From positions 6,084 to 70,083 of the forward strand of contig JACQIO010000016.1 of assembly GCA_016198415.1 (NCBI GenBank): 64,000 nt of DNA, given 5' to 3'. Below are positions 8,695 through 16,746 of the stretch, piece by piece. The DNA comes from Candidatus Berkelbacteria bacterium. GTDB lineage: Bacteria; Patescibacteriota; UBA1384; JACPKC01. Position 1 is the first letter of the stretch, and each line of letters begins with the position of its first letter. The translations under genes and the position numbers were made by a program. The notes under the pieces are model-generated. The model searched no databases and was not told where the DNA came from. It saw only the letters and a program-made list of their open reading frames with translations.

Positions 8695-9621
8695 ATGAAG
8701 AGGTATTTTTCAACGGTGACGGTGACGGTGACGGTGCTGCTCGCGATGGCGATGGTTCTGGTCTTGCTGGGTACGAACCCGGTGCAGGCCAAGGAGACGC
8801 CGCCGCGGAGTGGGTTCTGGGACTTCAAGTGGATCCTCGGGGGCTGGGACGACTGGAAGAAGGTCGGCGTCAAGGCGATGCTCCTGGTCGGCGTGCCGGC
8901 CGAGTATCACCCGGACGACAGCTGGAACTTCGACGACCCGAACACCGGGTTGCCGCAGGGTCTCCAGCTCCGCCTGATCACGGTCGGCGACTCGGTCCGC
9001 AAGGAGATCGATGGCGATGGGGCTGAGTTCGTGGTCCACATGAACAACGACGGCGCCCCGGGCTGGACCGAGGTTGGTCGGTGGCCGACCACCTTCGTGG
9101 ACACCACGATCGATCTCAGCGGTCGCAAGCCGGGTCCGCTGATCATCCGCGCCTACCTGGATGCGGGTGATCACGACGAGGACTCGTACGAGTTGCTCGG
9201 ACGGTGGATCATCCCCCGGGAACAGGTGTTCCGGGCGATGGGCATGGAACCGCCGGCTCGGCCGGGGGATGCCATCCTGCCTCAGGGAACCCTGACCGGC
9301 ACCGTGCTGGTCACCCTGGAAGGTGGGAGCATCGCCGAGGGCTGGGTCTCGGTCTACTGGGACGACCCCAACACCCCGGCTGCCGACTGGCTGAAGATCA
9401 TTAGTCGGCCCGTCCTGGGTCCGACCTACTTCGAACAGGTGCCGGCTGGTCGCGTGACCATCCGGATCTACGACCCGACCGGCACCCAGTGGGAAGTCCC
9501 TGGGCCGGAAGCGCTCCTGTTCCCCGAACTTCGCCCTGGGGGGATGGCCGAGATTCGGATTCGCAGGGTGAAGACGACCGGCGGCCCGACCGCCAGCACA
9601 GGAGGAGGTGGGGTGCGATGA
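8695..9621 (+). CDS. Secreted hypothetical protein (beta-rich)
   Basis: SD GGAGGGAG; signal peptide MKRYF...VQA; (ACGGTG)x4 repeat in the signal peptide. Confidence 0.8.
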   Translation: MKRYFSTVTVTVTVLLAMAMVLVLLGTNPVQAKETPPRSGFWDFKWILGGWDDWKKVGVKAMLLVGVPAEYHPDDSWNFDDPNTGLPQGLQLRLITVGDSVRKEIDGDGAEFVVHMNNDGAPGWTEVGRWPTTFVDTTIDLSGRKPGPLIIRAYLDAGDHDEDSYELLGRWIIPREQVFRAMGMEPPARPGDAILPQGTLTGTVLVTLEGGSIAEGWVSVYWDDPNTPAADWLKIISRPVLGPTYFEQVPAGRVTIRIYDPTGTQWEVPGPEALLFPELRPGGMAEIRIRRVKTTGGPTASTGGGGVR

Positions 9622-10622
9622 ACGAGCACCTGAAGAAGACGGCCAGGCGCCCAATGTCGAACGGGACGCTCTGGCTGGTGCTGGTGGTCGCGCTCTGCGC
9701 GCTCTCGCCGGCTTTCGCGTTCGACGCGTCTAACGTCTGGTACTGGGAGAACTACGGCGGGGACAAGCGGAACCCGCTCGGAGTTCGTTCCTGGAGCCAG
9801 TACCGCGACTGGTTCATCTCGGCGGCTGGGCAGAACGATCTCCGGCGGGTCAACCTCCTGCCGGAGGTGGCCGAGAAGATGCTGGAGATGGTCAACCAGC
9901 GGCGCTGGGACGGCCGGGTCTACACCTGGCCGGACGGCTGGTCGGCGCGCCTGTCCAAGGCGGTGGTCAAGAAGGGTGATCGGTACGACGCCCTCACCTT
10001 CAACCCCGCCGGCGTGACGGAGGTGAACGTCGAGGTCGCGTGGAAGGGCCAGAGCTCCGAGACGGTCTACCGCGTGGAGGTCTGGCAACCCGACGGCATC
10101 GGGTGGTCGCTGGACACGTTCCCCAAGTGCGTGAACGGGGGCGTGTTCAGCATCCTGACCATCAAGCCGCCGCCTCCGCCGGTGATTCCGCCCCGGACGC
10201 CGATTCCGCCGGAGACGCCGCCGCCCACTTACCGCTACCGGCCGGTGTCGGTGCCGGGGATCGCCCTCAACTACGGCGAGCACCGGTCCGCGGAGGTGAA
10301 GGGCAACCTGGGTGCCTTCCTGGGGGTCCTGGGTAAGTGGCTGGGAAAGCCGGTCACCAACTTGAGCTTCGCGACGGGTGCCGTGACCGGTGCTAACGCG
10401 TACGCCCAGGGCGGGCAGGTGGGAGCGGTGTCGGCGGTCACGGGACCGATCGACGTCCGCAACGCCCAGTTCCAGGGCCAGGGGCAAGGCCAGCTGACCA
10501 TCGTCCCCATCGTGAACAACGTTGGGGACGGGAATGCTGGCTCGGCGGCTGGGGCTGGGACGGTGACCGCGCCGGTCATCCAGGCCCCGGGCGGGGCCGG
10601 CCCCATCGAGATCAACGACTAA
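9618..10622 (+). CDS. Secreted hypothetical protein with a Pro-rich linker and C-terminal Q/N/G-rich motif
   Basis: ATGA overlap with the upstream gene; SD GGAGGAGG; signal peptide ending AFA. Confidence 0.8.
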   Translation: MNEHLKKTARRPMSNGTLWLVLVVALCALSPAFAFDASNVWYWENYGGDKRNPLGVRSWSQYRDWFISAAGQNDLRRVNLLPEVAEKMLEMVNQRRWDGRVYTWPDGWSARLSKAVVKKGDRYDALTFNPAGVTEVNVEVAWKGQSSETVYRVEVWQPDGIGWSLDTFPKCVNGGVFSILTIKPPPPPVIPPRTPIPPETPPPTYRYRPVSVPGIALNYGEHRSAEVKGNLGAFLGVLGKWLGKPVTNLSFATGAVTGANAYAQGGQVGAVSAVTGPIDVRNAQFQGQGQGQLTIVPIVNNVGDGNAGSAAGAGTVTAPVIQAPGGAGPIEIND

Positions 10623-10796
10623 CCAGCCGGCTCACTCGCGCTTCGGCGCGGATGGGCTCGGCTCTCTGGAGGGAAGGAGGGGAAACCCCACTCCACTGCG
10701 CAAGCGGTGGGGTGGGGGAGTACCTCCTCTGCTTGAACACTCGAGCCGAGGCGCGTACTCCGCGAGACAGAGATTACAACCCGAGGAGGACAACCC

Positions 10797-11399
10797 ATGA
10801 GCAAGTTGCTCACCCTGATCGCCGTTGTGCTGATGGCGATCCCGCAAGCGGCATTCGCGACGGAGGACGGCGTGCACGTCGCGGTCCTGCAGGCCGAGGA
10901 GCTGGCCACGGAGGAGAACAACAACTCCGAGGTCGGGCAGACCCAGACGGTGGATGACGGCGTTCGCTGGGTCGCGATCGAGCCGCCGCAGGTGGAGCTG
11001 CCGGCGCCCCGCATCGAGATGCATCCGGCGACCCTGACCCCCTGGGTCAAGCGGGTCAGCGGCTGCCCGCACTGCGAGCACTGCCAGGCCGAGTCCCAGC
11101 AGCGGACCGACCACGGTCAGGTCCCGAACACCGAGTCGGTGTCGACGCTGCTCGAGCGGTTCATGGGCCGGCCGATCACGCTTCCCGGATCGGGATCGGA
11201 GCAGCAGAACCCGGTCAACATCCAGCTGCTCAACGTGCAGACACTGCCCCCGACGGTTCACCAGCTGGAGCCGACCACATTCCAGCCCACCGAGGAGCAG
11301 ATGCTGCGGGCCCGGTTCCTCTGGGAGGAGCGCGTCCGGCAAGGACTCGAGTCCGACCCTGCCGGCATCGTCGACGGAGGGAGGTACAAGAGCGAGTAG
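10797..11399 (+). CDS. Secreted hypothetical protein with CxxCxxC
   Basis: SD GAGGAGG; signal peptide ending AFA; GCPHCEHC. Confidence 0.75.
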   Translation: MSKLLTLIAVVLMAIPQAAFATEDGVHVAVLQAEELATEENNNSEVGQTQTVDDGVRWVAIEPPQVELPAPRIEMHPATLTPWVKRVSGCPHCEHCQAESQQRTDHGQVPNTESVSTLLERFMGRPITLPGSGSEQQNPVNIQLLNVQTLPPTVHQLEPTTFQPTEEQMLRARFLWEERVRQGLESDPAGIVDGGRYKSE

Positions 11400-11619
11400 A
11401 ACTGGGGGTCTGACGGCCTGAACCACCACGGGGTGTGTTCGGGCCCTGCCTTCCCACGTCAACACCCGCGTGACCGTCACCGTTTCGATCGCAACTCGAG
11501 AGCGAGTGAGACTGAGCGGTTGGCACAAGGGGGACCGTTGACTGGGGAAGTATAGGAACAGGAGCGGCGTCGAGCGGTCGGTCTCGACCGATAGTGCAAC
11601 GGAAGGGAGGTGAGACAAT

Positions 11620-12519
11620 ATGCAAAAGATTCTTTCTCTGCTCGGAGTGGCGGGCCTCTTGATGGTAGCAGCTGGACCATCAACTGCTGCTGCCCAAGAT
11701 GCCTTTGCCGACCCGATCTTTGCTGGTTTCAACCTCAACTGGGTCAGCAATGCTCAGTTCCAGGGCCAGGGACAAGGTCAGCAAACGATTGTTCCCATTG
11801 TCAATAACAACGGGACCAACAACGCTGGGTCTGCCTCGGGTGCCGGGAACGTGACCGTTCCGGTCATCCAGGTGACGCCGGCGCCAACTGCCGGGACGCC
11901 TGTTTCAGGCGGTTCTGGCACTGGTACGTGCAATGCCAACGCCAGTTGCGCAACCGTTCCGGTCACGATGGACCCGGCCAGGCCGGCGATCATTGTGAAC
12001 GGTGGTGACGCGAATGCGGCGGCTGCGGCCTCGGCGGCCACAGCCGGCAACGGTGGTGGTGGCGAGAACGGTGACGGCGGTTCGTCCGCTGCGTCGAGCT
12101 CGTCTGCTGCCAACGCTGGTGGCAATGAGAACGGCGCCGGTGGTGCCAATGCGGCTGCGGCTGCATCGGCTGCTTCAACTGGTGGCGGTAAGGGTGGCAA
12201 CGGTGGCGGGAGCGCCGCTGCCTCAAGTGCTGCCAATGCCGGTGGCAAGGACGGGGCGAGTGCGGCGGCTGCGGCCGCGGCTGGCCCCAATGCCAACGCG
12301 GAAGCCAGGGCCGGTGACGGCAAGGCGGAAGCTAAGGCTGAGTCCAAGAGCGAACCAACCAAGGTTGCTCTGGCCAAGGGCGCGCTCCCTAAGGAGCTCC
12401 CCAAGGCTGGTGCCGAGGCTGGTGCGCTGGCCGTTGGTCTGACCACGCTGACAGGCGCTGGTTCAGCCCTCCTGGCTCGCAAGCGTAAGCTTGACCTGGC
12501 TGACCTCATCGTCGGCTAA
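11620..12519 (+). CDS. Gly/Ala/Asn-rich surface protein with an LPxTG-like sorting signal
   Basis: Signal peptide; LPKAG followed by a hydrophobic segment and RKRK. Confidence 0.8.
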   Translation: MQKILSLLGVAGLLMVAAGPSTAAAQDAFADPIFAGFNLNWVSNAQFQGQGQGQQTIVPIVNNNGTNNAGSASGAGNVTVPVIQVTPAPTAGTPVSGGSGTGTCNANASCATVPVTMDPARPAIIVNGGDANAAAAASAATAGNGGGGENGDGGSSAASSSSAANAGGNENGAGGANAAAAASAASTGGGKGGNGGGSAAASSAANAGGKDGASAAAAAAAGPNANAEARAGDGKAEAKAESKSEPTKVALAKGALPKELPKAGAEAGALAVGLTTLTGAGSALLARKRKLDLADLIVG

Positions 12520-12556
12520 GGACGCTCTGGTTGGCTGGTACCAGCTGACTGGAGGC

Positions 12557-12582
12557 AAAGAGACCCCGCCCGGGGTCTCTTT
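12557..12582 (+). terminator. Intrinsic terminator
   Basis: AAAGAGACCCC-GCCC-GGGGTCTCTTT. Confidence 0.75.
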
Positions 12583-12747
12583 GTGTTGGTATCACCTTAG
12601 TCCTCCCCTTGCCAACCCCTCCTCCTGACACGCTCATTTCAACACGTCACTTCCTCAAAGACACTCTTCGTTCCTGACGGCCGAAGTTTCTTTGGGAGCG
12701 TGATGCGTCGAAATGGGGATGGTATCCGCCTTTGGCGGATGGATTGG

Positions 12748-12802
12748 TATCTGTGTGATCTGCGAGTCGCCAGGGAGGCGACCTATGTATCTGTGGTGTG
12801 AG
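12748..12802 (+). repeat. Dispersed ATCTGTG element, copy 1
   Basis: TATCTGTGTGATCTGCG-AGTCGCC..GGCGAC-CTATGTATCTGTGGTGTGAG; related copies at 19517 and 43484. Confidence 0.75.
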
Positions 12803-12812
12803 CTACCCCTGC

Positions 12813-12841
12813 TTGACAGAGCACCGAGAACGCGGTACCCT
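12813..12841 (+). promoter_or_regulatory. Sigma70-type promoter
   Basis: TTGACA-17nt-TACCCT. Confidence 0.7.
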
Positions 12842-12847
12842 CCGTCC

Positions 12848-13497
12848 AGCTGAACGCAGCTTTACCTTTGTGAGAGCAACCCACCGGACCTGATGTTGTC
12901 GGCACGGCCGGTAACCAGTGAAGGGGACGTCAGGTCCCGGTGGGTTCACACGAATTGACGGCTGGCTGTCGCTGGGCTCGGGCCGTGAGGCCGTAGGCCC
13001 CGGGGCTTACACCGAGCACGCCGTGGTCTCAGGAGCCACGGATGGCGCCGAGCTAGCCGTCTCAACAACTGGATCCCGCCGGATTAACCCCCCCGACCGG
13101 CGGGATCCAGCACCAGAGCCCTGCCCTGGTCCACCTTCCCCCAACCAGGGTGGGGTTCCCAGAGCGCCGGACCCGTGCCGGGTCTGGGCGTTGGTGCGAC
13201 CTCTCGCCCGAGCGAGAGGTATCCGGTGAGGAGAACAGAGGTGGGACGGACTCCGTGGCAGAGTTCCTCCGCTCCCAAAGAGCGTGGGCCAACCACCACG
13301 GTGACACCTCGGCACGGCGGAGCCGCGCAGTGCCAGTTGGGGGATTCACATCGCTGACGAACGCCGAGCCCTGGCTCCGGATCGCGTCGGCCTTGCCCCT
13401 AGCCGTCCAGTTTTTCTTGAGCCTGAACGTCCCACCCCTCCCGGGACGTTCACCGCTCGACCCCCTGAAGAGTCCGCCCACGTGCGGACTCTTCCTC
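12848..13497 (+). ncRNA. Candidate large structured ncRNA 2
   Basis: Promoter upstream; helices 12878-12897/12926-12946 and 12957-12967/13051-13061; perfect 14-bp stem at 13069-13110; closing hairpin at 13467-13494; no credible ORF. Confidence 0.6.
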
Positions 13498-13511
13498 TGT
13501 CATGCGGGCAA

Positions 13512-13586
13512 GGGTGAACGTGAATGGTGAAAGGAGAAGGCAGCGTGACGCTTTGCGCTGTACCTTTCACTTTTCACGTTTCACCC
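13512..13586. repeat. Empty GTGAAAG heptamer inverted-repeat element
   Basis: GTGAAC GTGAATG GTGAAAG ... CTTTCAC TTTTCAC GTTTCAC. Confidence 0.8.
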
Positions 13587-13596
13587 AAGGTACCCC

Positions 13597-13626
13597 TTGA
13601 CAGGTGGTCGGCATCTGCAGTATCTT
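13597..13626 (+). promoter_or_regulatory. Sigma70-type promoter
   Basis: TTGACA-18nt-TATCTT. Confidence 0.65.
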
Positions 13627-13632
13627 GCCCCA

Positions 13633-14215
13633 GCAACCTAACAAGTTGACAGAAATCCCTGGGCGAGTGTCTGGTGGGCTGAGGCTCGCCAACATGACGC
13701 AGCGAGGCACCTCGCCTGCGCCCGTTCGAACCTGCTGCAGAAGAATGGAGAGGCGAGTAGACGTTTATCAGCCTCGCTCAGGGATTCACATAACAAGTTC
13801 ATCTGGCTAGCCCCAGGGCCCTGTGGGCATCGGAGACGTCCCTGACCTCGGTCAGGACCGGTGCGCGCATCCTCCTTGAGAAGCGGAGGGGTGAAAGGCT
13901 CGGCTTCCAACAAAGCCCGTCGTGTGATCTCCGGTTCAGCCGCTTCGGCTTGGTGATCACCTTCGGACTTGGCCGATCTTGCCAGATGAACCCTCTTGAA
14001 CGTTCGGTTGGTGGGCGAGGAGTCGTACGCGACCTCTCCCACCGGCCCAACGCCAGCGGCCGGGCCGCGAGCTCCTACCTGGTCCACCTTCCCTAACCAG
14101 CGGAGTCGCGCGGTGCGGCTGCCTCAACGCAGACGGACGACGAGGGCCCCTGTGCCCCCAGAGCATCTCGCGTCCATCTGCCCCGAATCCCGGCCCTCAA
14201 AGCCGGGATTCACCT
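13633..14215 (+). ncRNA. Candidate large structured ncRNA 3
   Basis: Closing helices AATCCCTGGGCGAG/CTCGCTCAGGGATT and TTCATCTGGC/GCCAGATGAA; UUCG and UACG loops; final hairpin at 14185-14211. Confidence 0.6.
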
Positions 14216-14243
14216 TTTCCGTTTCACCCGCTACAGTACGCTT

Positions 14244-15248
14244 ATGTCCACCCTTGATGATCGGAAATCGAAACTCTACGAGCTCCTCAAGCTTGAGGAG
14301 AAAGACGCCCGGATTCGTGCAATCGAGGCGCTGATGGCCGCGCCCAATTTCTGGGCCGATCAAACCCAGGCCACGCAGCTCAGCACTGAACTGGCCCGGC
14401 TCAAACAGACTATTGCCGAGTGGGAAATAGCCGAGACCGATGATCAGGTTCGGGCGCTGGAACTGAAGTCGCTCCTCTCTGGTAAGTACGACGCCAGCAA
14501 CGCCATCGTCAGCTTCCACGCCGGCGCCGGGGGGACCGAGGCCATGGACTGGGCCGGAATGCTCCGGCGGATGATTGAGCGTTGGGCCGAAGGTCGGGGT
14601 TTGCCGGTGACGGAAATCGAGCAGTCGCTCGGTGAGGAGGCCGGCCTCAAGTCCGCCACCCTCAAGATTGCCGGCGAGCACGCCTACGGCTATCTCAAAG
14701 GGGAGGCCGGCGTTCACCGCCTGGTCCGGATCTCGCCGTTCGACGCCGATAAAGCCCGCCATACTTCTTTTGCGCTCATTGAGGTGGTGCCCGAGCTCGC
14801 AGATCTGGGCGATGTGGTGATCGACGAGAAAGACCTCCGGACCGATCTCTTCCGCTCCGGCGGCAAGGGTGGTCAGAACGTCAACAAAGTGGAAACGGCC
14901 GTTCGGATCACGCACCTCCCCACCGGCCTGGTTGCCACCAGCCAGAACGAGCGGTCTCAGGCTCAGAATCGAGCGCTCGCAATGGGCGTCCTGGTTGCCA
15001 AGCTCCAGGCCTTGGCGCACGAGCAGCGGCTCGAGCAGATTGGCGAGCTCAAGGGCGAGCACCGGAAGGTGGAGTGGGGGAGTCAGATTCGCTCCTACGT
15101 CCTCCAGCCCTACCAACTGGTCAAGGATCTCAGGACCGGGCATGAGGAGAGTGATGCCGAGGCTGTCCTTGAGGGCAGGAAGCTGCAGGGGTTTATGGAT
15201 GCCTACCTTGCGTGGCAGGCCACACAAGGGGTGAAACGTGAAAGGTAA
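14244..15248 (+). CDS. prfB: Peptide chain release factor 2
   Basis: SPF tripeptide (ISPFD), GGQ motif and WGSQIRSY. Confidence 0.95.
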   Translation: MSTLDDRKSKLYELLKLEEKDARIRAIEALMAAPNFWADQTQATQLSTELARLKQTIAEWEIAETDDQVRALELKSLLSGKYDASNAIVSFHAGAGGTEAMDWAGMLRRMIERWAEGRGLPVTEIEQSLGEEAGLKSATLKIAGEHAYGYLKGEAGVHRLVRISPFDADKARHTSFALIEVVPELADLGDVVIDEKDLRTDLFRSGGKGGQNVNKVETAVRITHLPTGLVATSQNERSQAQNRALAMGVLVAKLQALAHEQRLEQIGELKGEHRKVEWGSQIRSYVLQPYQLVKDLRTGHEESDAEAVLEGRKLQGFMDAYLAWQATQGVKRER

Positions 15249-15303
15249 AAGGTGAAAGGTGCACGGAGACAGCCCGTTTCACGATTCACCTTTCACGTTT
15301 CAC
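15230..15303. repeat. Empty GTGAAAG heptamer element overlapping the prfB stop
   Basis: GTGAAAC GTGAAAG GTAAAAG GTGAAAG ... GTTTCAC GATTCAC CTTTCAC GTTTCAC. Confidence 0.85.
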
Positions 15304-15371
15304 TCGTCTAGAGTTCTCGAGGCCTCTCGGGTATGCTGGCGCTGAGCATCGGTGACCAGAAAGGATGACGC

Positions 15372-15674
15372 ATGCCCGGCATGTTCGATCAAATGAAGGC
15401 GATTGCCAAGGCCAAGAAAGTCCAGAACGACCTGAAAAAGACCGAGATTGAGGCGAGCGGGGGCGATGGCGCCGTGACGGTGGTCTTTACCGGCGAACTC
15501 AAGCTCCAGTCCATCACGATTGCCGAGCGGATGCTCGCACCGGAGCGCAAGCAGGAGCTCGAGCGGCTCATCAAAGACACCATGACCCAGGCGATGCAGC
15601 AAGCCCAGGCCTTGGCGGCCGAGAAGACGCGCGAGGTCATGAAGCAAATGGGCGTCAACCTGCCGGGACTCTAG
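15372..15674 (+). CDS. ybaB: YbaB/EbfC nucleoid-associated protein
   Basis: IEASGGDGAVTVVFTGE motif; 100 aa. Confidence 0.85.
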   Translation: MPGMFDQMKAIAKAKKVQNDLKKTEIEASGGDGAVTVVFTGELKLQSITIAERMLAPERKQELERLIKDTMTQAMQQAQALAAEKTREVMKQMGVNLPGL

Positions 15675-15677
15675 GTT

Positions 15678-16104
15678 GGTGAAAGGTGAAACGTGAAAGG
15701 TGAAACGACCACGATCAACCTCTCCCGGCCTCATTACCGTCTCGATGCTTGGAAGGAATCACTCAAGCTGGCCAAACTGATCTACGAGCTCAGTCAACGC
15801 TTCCCCGACTCTGAACGGTATGGGTTAGTCAGTCAGATGCGTCGGGCGGCAGTCTCGGTATTGAGTAACATCGCGGAGGGCGCAGCGCGGAATAGCAGAA
15901 AGGAATTTGCCCAGTTTCTCTCAATTGCTCAGGGGTCACTCAGTGAGCTTGAAGCCCAGGTGATCATTTCACAGGAGCTTGGCTATATTGCAGATTCAGC
16001 AGAGGTGCTTGAGCTCCTCGATCGGGTATCTCGTCTTGTCGGTGGATTGCAGAGGAGTTTGCGATGACCCTGGACCTTTCACGTTTCACATTTCACCTTT
16101 CACC
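15678..16104. mobile_element. Four-helix-bundle gene enclosed by inverted arrays of 4 heptamers (putative element)
   Basis: Left 15678-15707 (GTGAAAG GTGAAAC)x2; right 16075-16104 CTTTCAC GTTTCAC ATTTCAC CTTTCAC. Confidence 0.65.
15693..16067 (+). CDS. Four helix bundle protein (23S rRNA IVS protein / bAvd-like family)
   Basis: FPDSERYGLVSQMRRAAVSVLSNIAEG...FAQFLSIAQGSLSELEAQ signature. Confidence 0.92.
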   Translation: MKGETTTINLSRPHYRLDAWKESLKLAKLIYELSQRFPDSERYGLVSQMRRAAVSVLSNIAEGAARNSRKEFAQFLSIAQGSLSELEAQVIISQELGYIADSAEVLELLDRVSRLVGGLQRSLR

Positions 16105-16107
16105 ACT

Positions 16108-16689
16108 ATGAAACTCATCGTCGGTCTTGGAAATCCAGGCAAGGAGTACGCCCAGACGCGTCACAACGTTGGGTGGATGGTGCTCGATCGACTGGCGGAG
16201 CAGCTGGGGACCCATCCGTGGTCGCACTCGGAGAAGTTTACGGCTGAGTTGGCTGAGATAGGGGAGGGGATTCACAGAACAATCCTCCTCAAGCCCACCA
16301 CCTTCATGAACAACTCTGGGCGGGCCGTGGAACGACTCCGCCACTTCTCCAAGCTCGAGCCAGCGGACATTGTGGTTGTCCACGACGAGCTGGCGCTTCC
16401 CCTGGGGTCAATGCGCGTGCGGCTGGGCGGAACCTCGGCCGGCCACAACGGGGTAGGCTCAATCATTCACCACCTTGGAACCGAGGCGTTCTGGCGGGTT
16501 CGGATTGGGATCGAGCAGCCAGGCGCAACTCGACCGTACGGGGAGCAGTCGGACTTTGTCCTGGGACGGTTCAGCGCCGAGGAGCGAGTCATCATTGCGC
16601 CCGTCATTGACCGAGCGGTGGCACTCCTGGTAGACTTCAGCTCTTCAGGAACCCTCAGCGACGAGACCATCACCATTCCAGCAGCGTAA
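16108..16689 (+). CDS. pth: Peptidyl-tRNA hydrolase
   Basis: LIVGLGNPGKEYAQTRHNVG, KPTTFMNNSG and GHNG. Confidence 0.95.
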   Translation: MKLIVGLGNPGKEYAQTRHNVGWMVLDRLAEQLGTHPWSHSEKFTAELAEIGEGIHRTILLKPTTFMNNSGRAVERLRHFSKLEPADIVVVHDELALPLGSMRVRLGGTSAGHNGVGSIIHHLGTEAFWRVRIGIEQPGATRPYGEQSDFVLGRFSAEERVIIAPVIDRAVALLVDFSSSGTLSDETITIPAA

Positions 16690-16746
16690 CCACTGGTGGG
16701 AGATCGCCAGCGTCGTGGCGGTCGTTCGGACCACGAAAGGAGCCTG

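Noticed and set aside
10461-11871. The two 123-nt motif copies as a DGR template/variable repeat pair (an Avd-like gene is nearby)
   Set aside because: Differences are mostly synonymous third-position changes rather than adenine-specific, and no reverse transcriptase is in the window
12848-14215. RNase P RNA, tmRNA, SRP RNA or a group I/II intron
   Set aside because: No GAGGAAAGUCC/P4 pairing, no tRNA-like tmRNA ends, no SRP GGAA loop motif and no domain V were recognisable by eye; an Rfam search is still needed
14244-14300. Programmed +1 frameshift in prfB
   Set aside because: The ORF is continuous (CTT GAG), with no CTT TGA site
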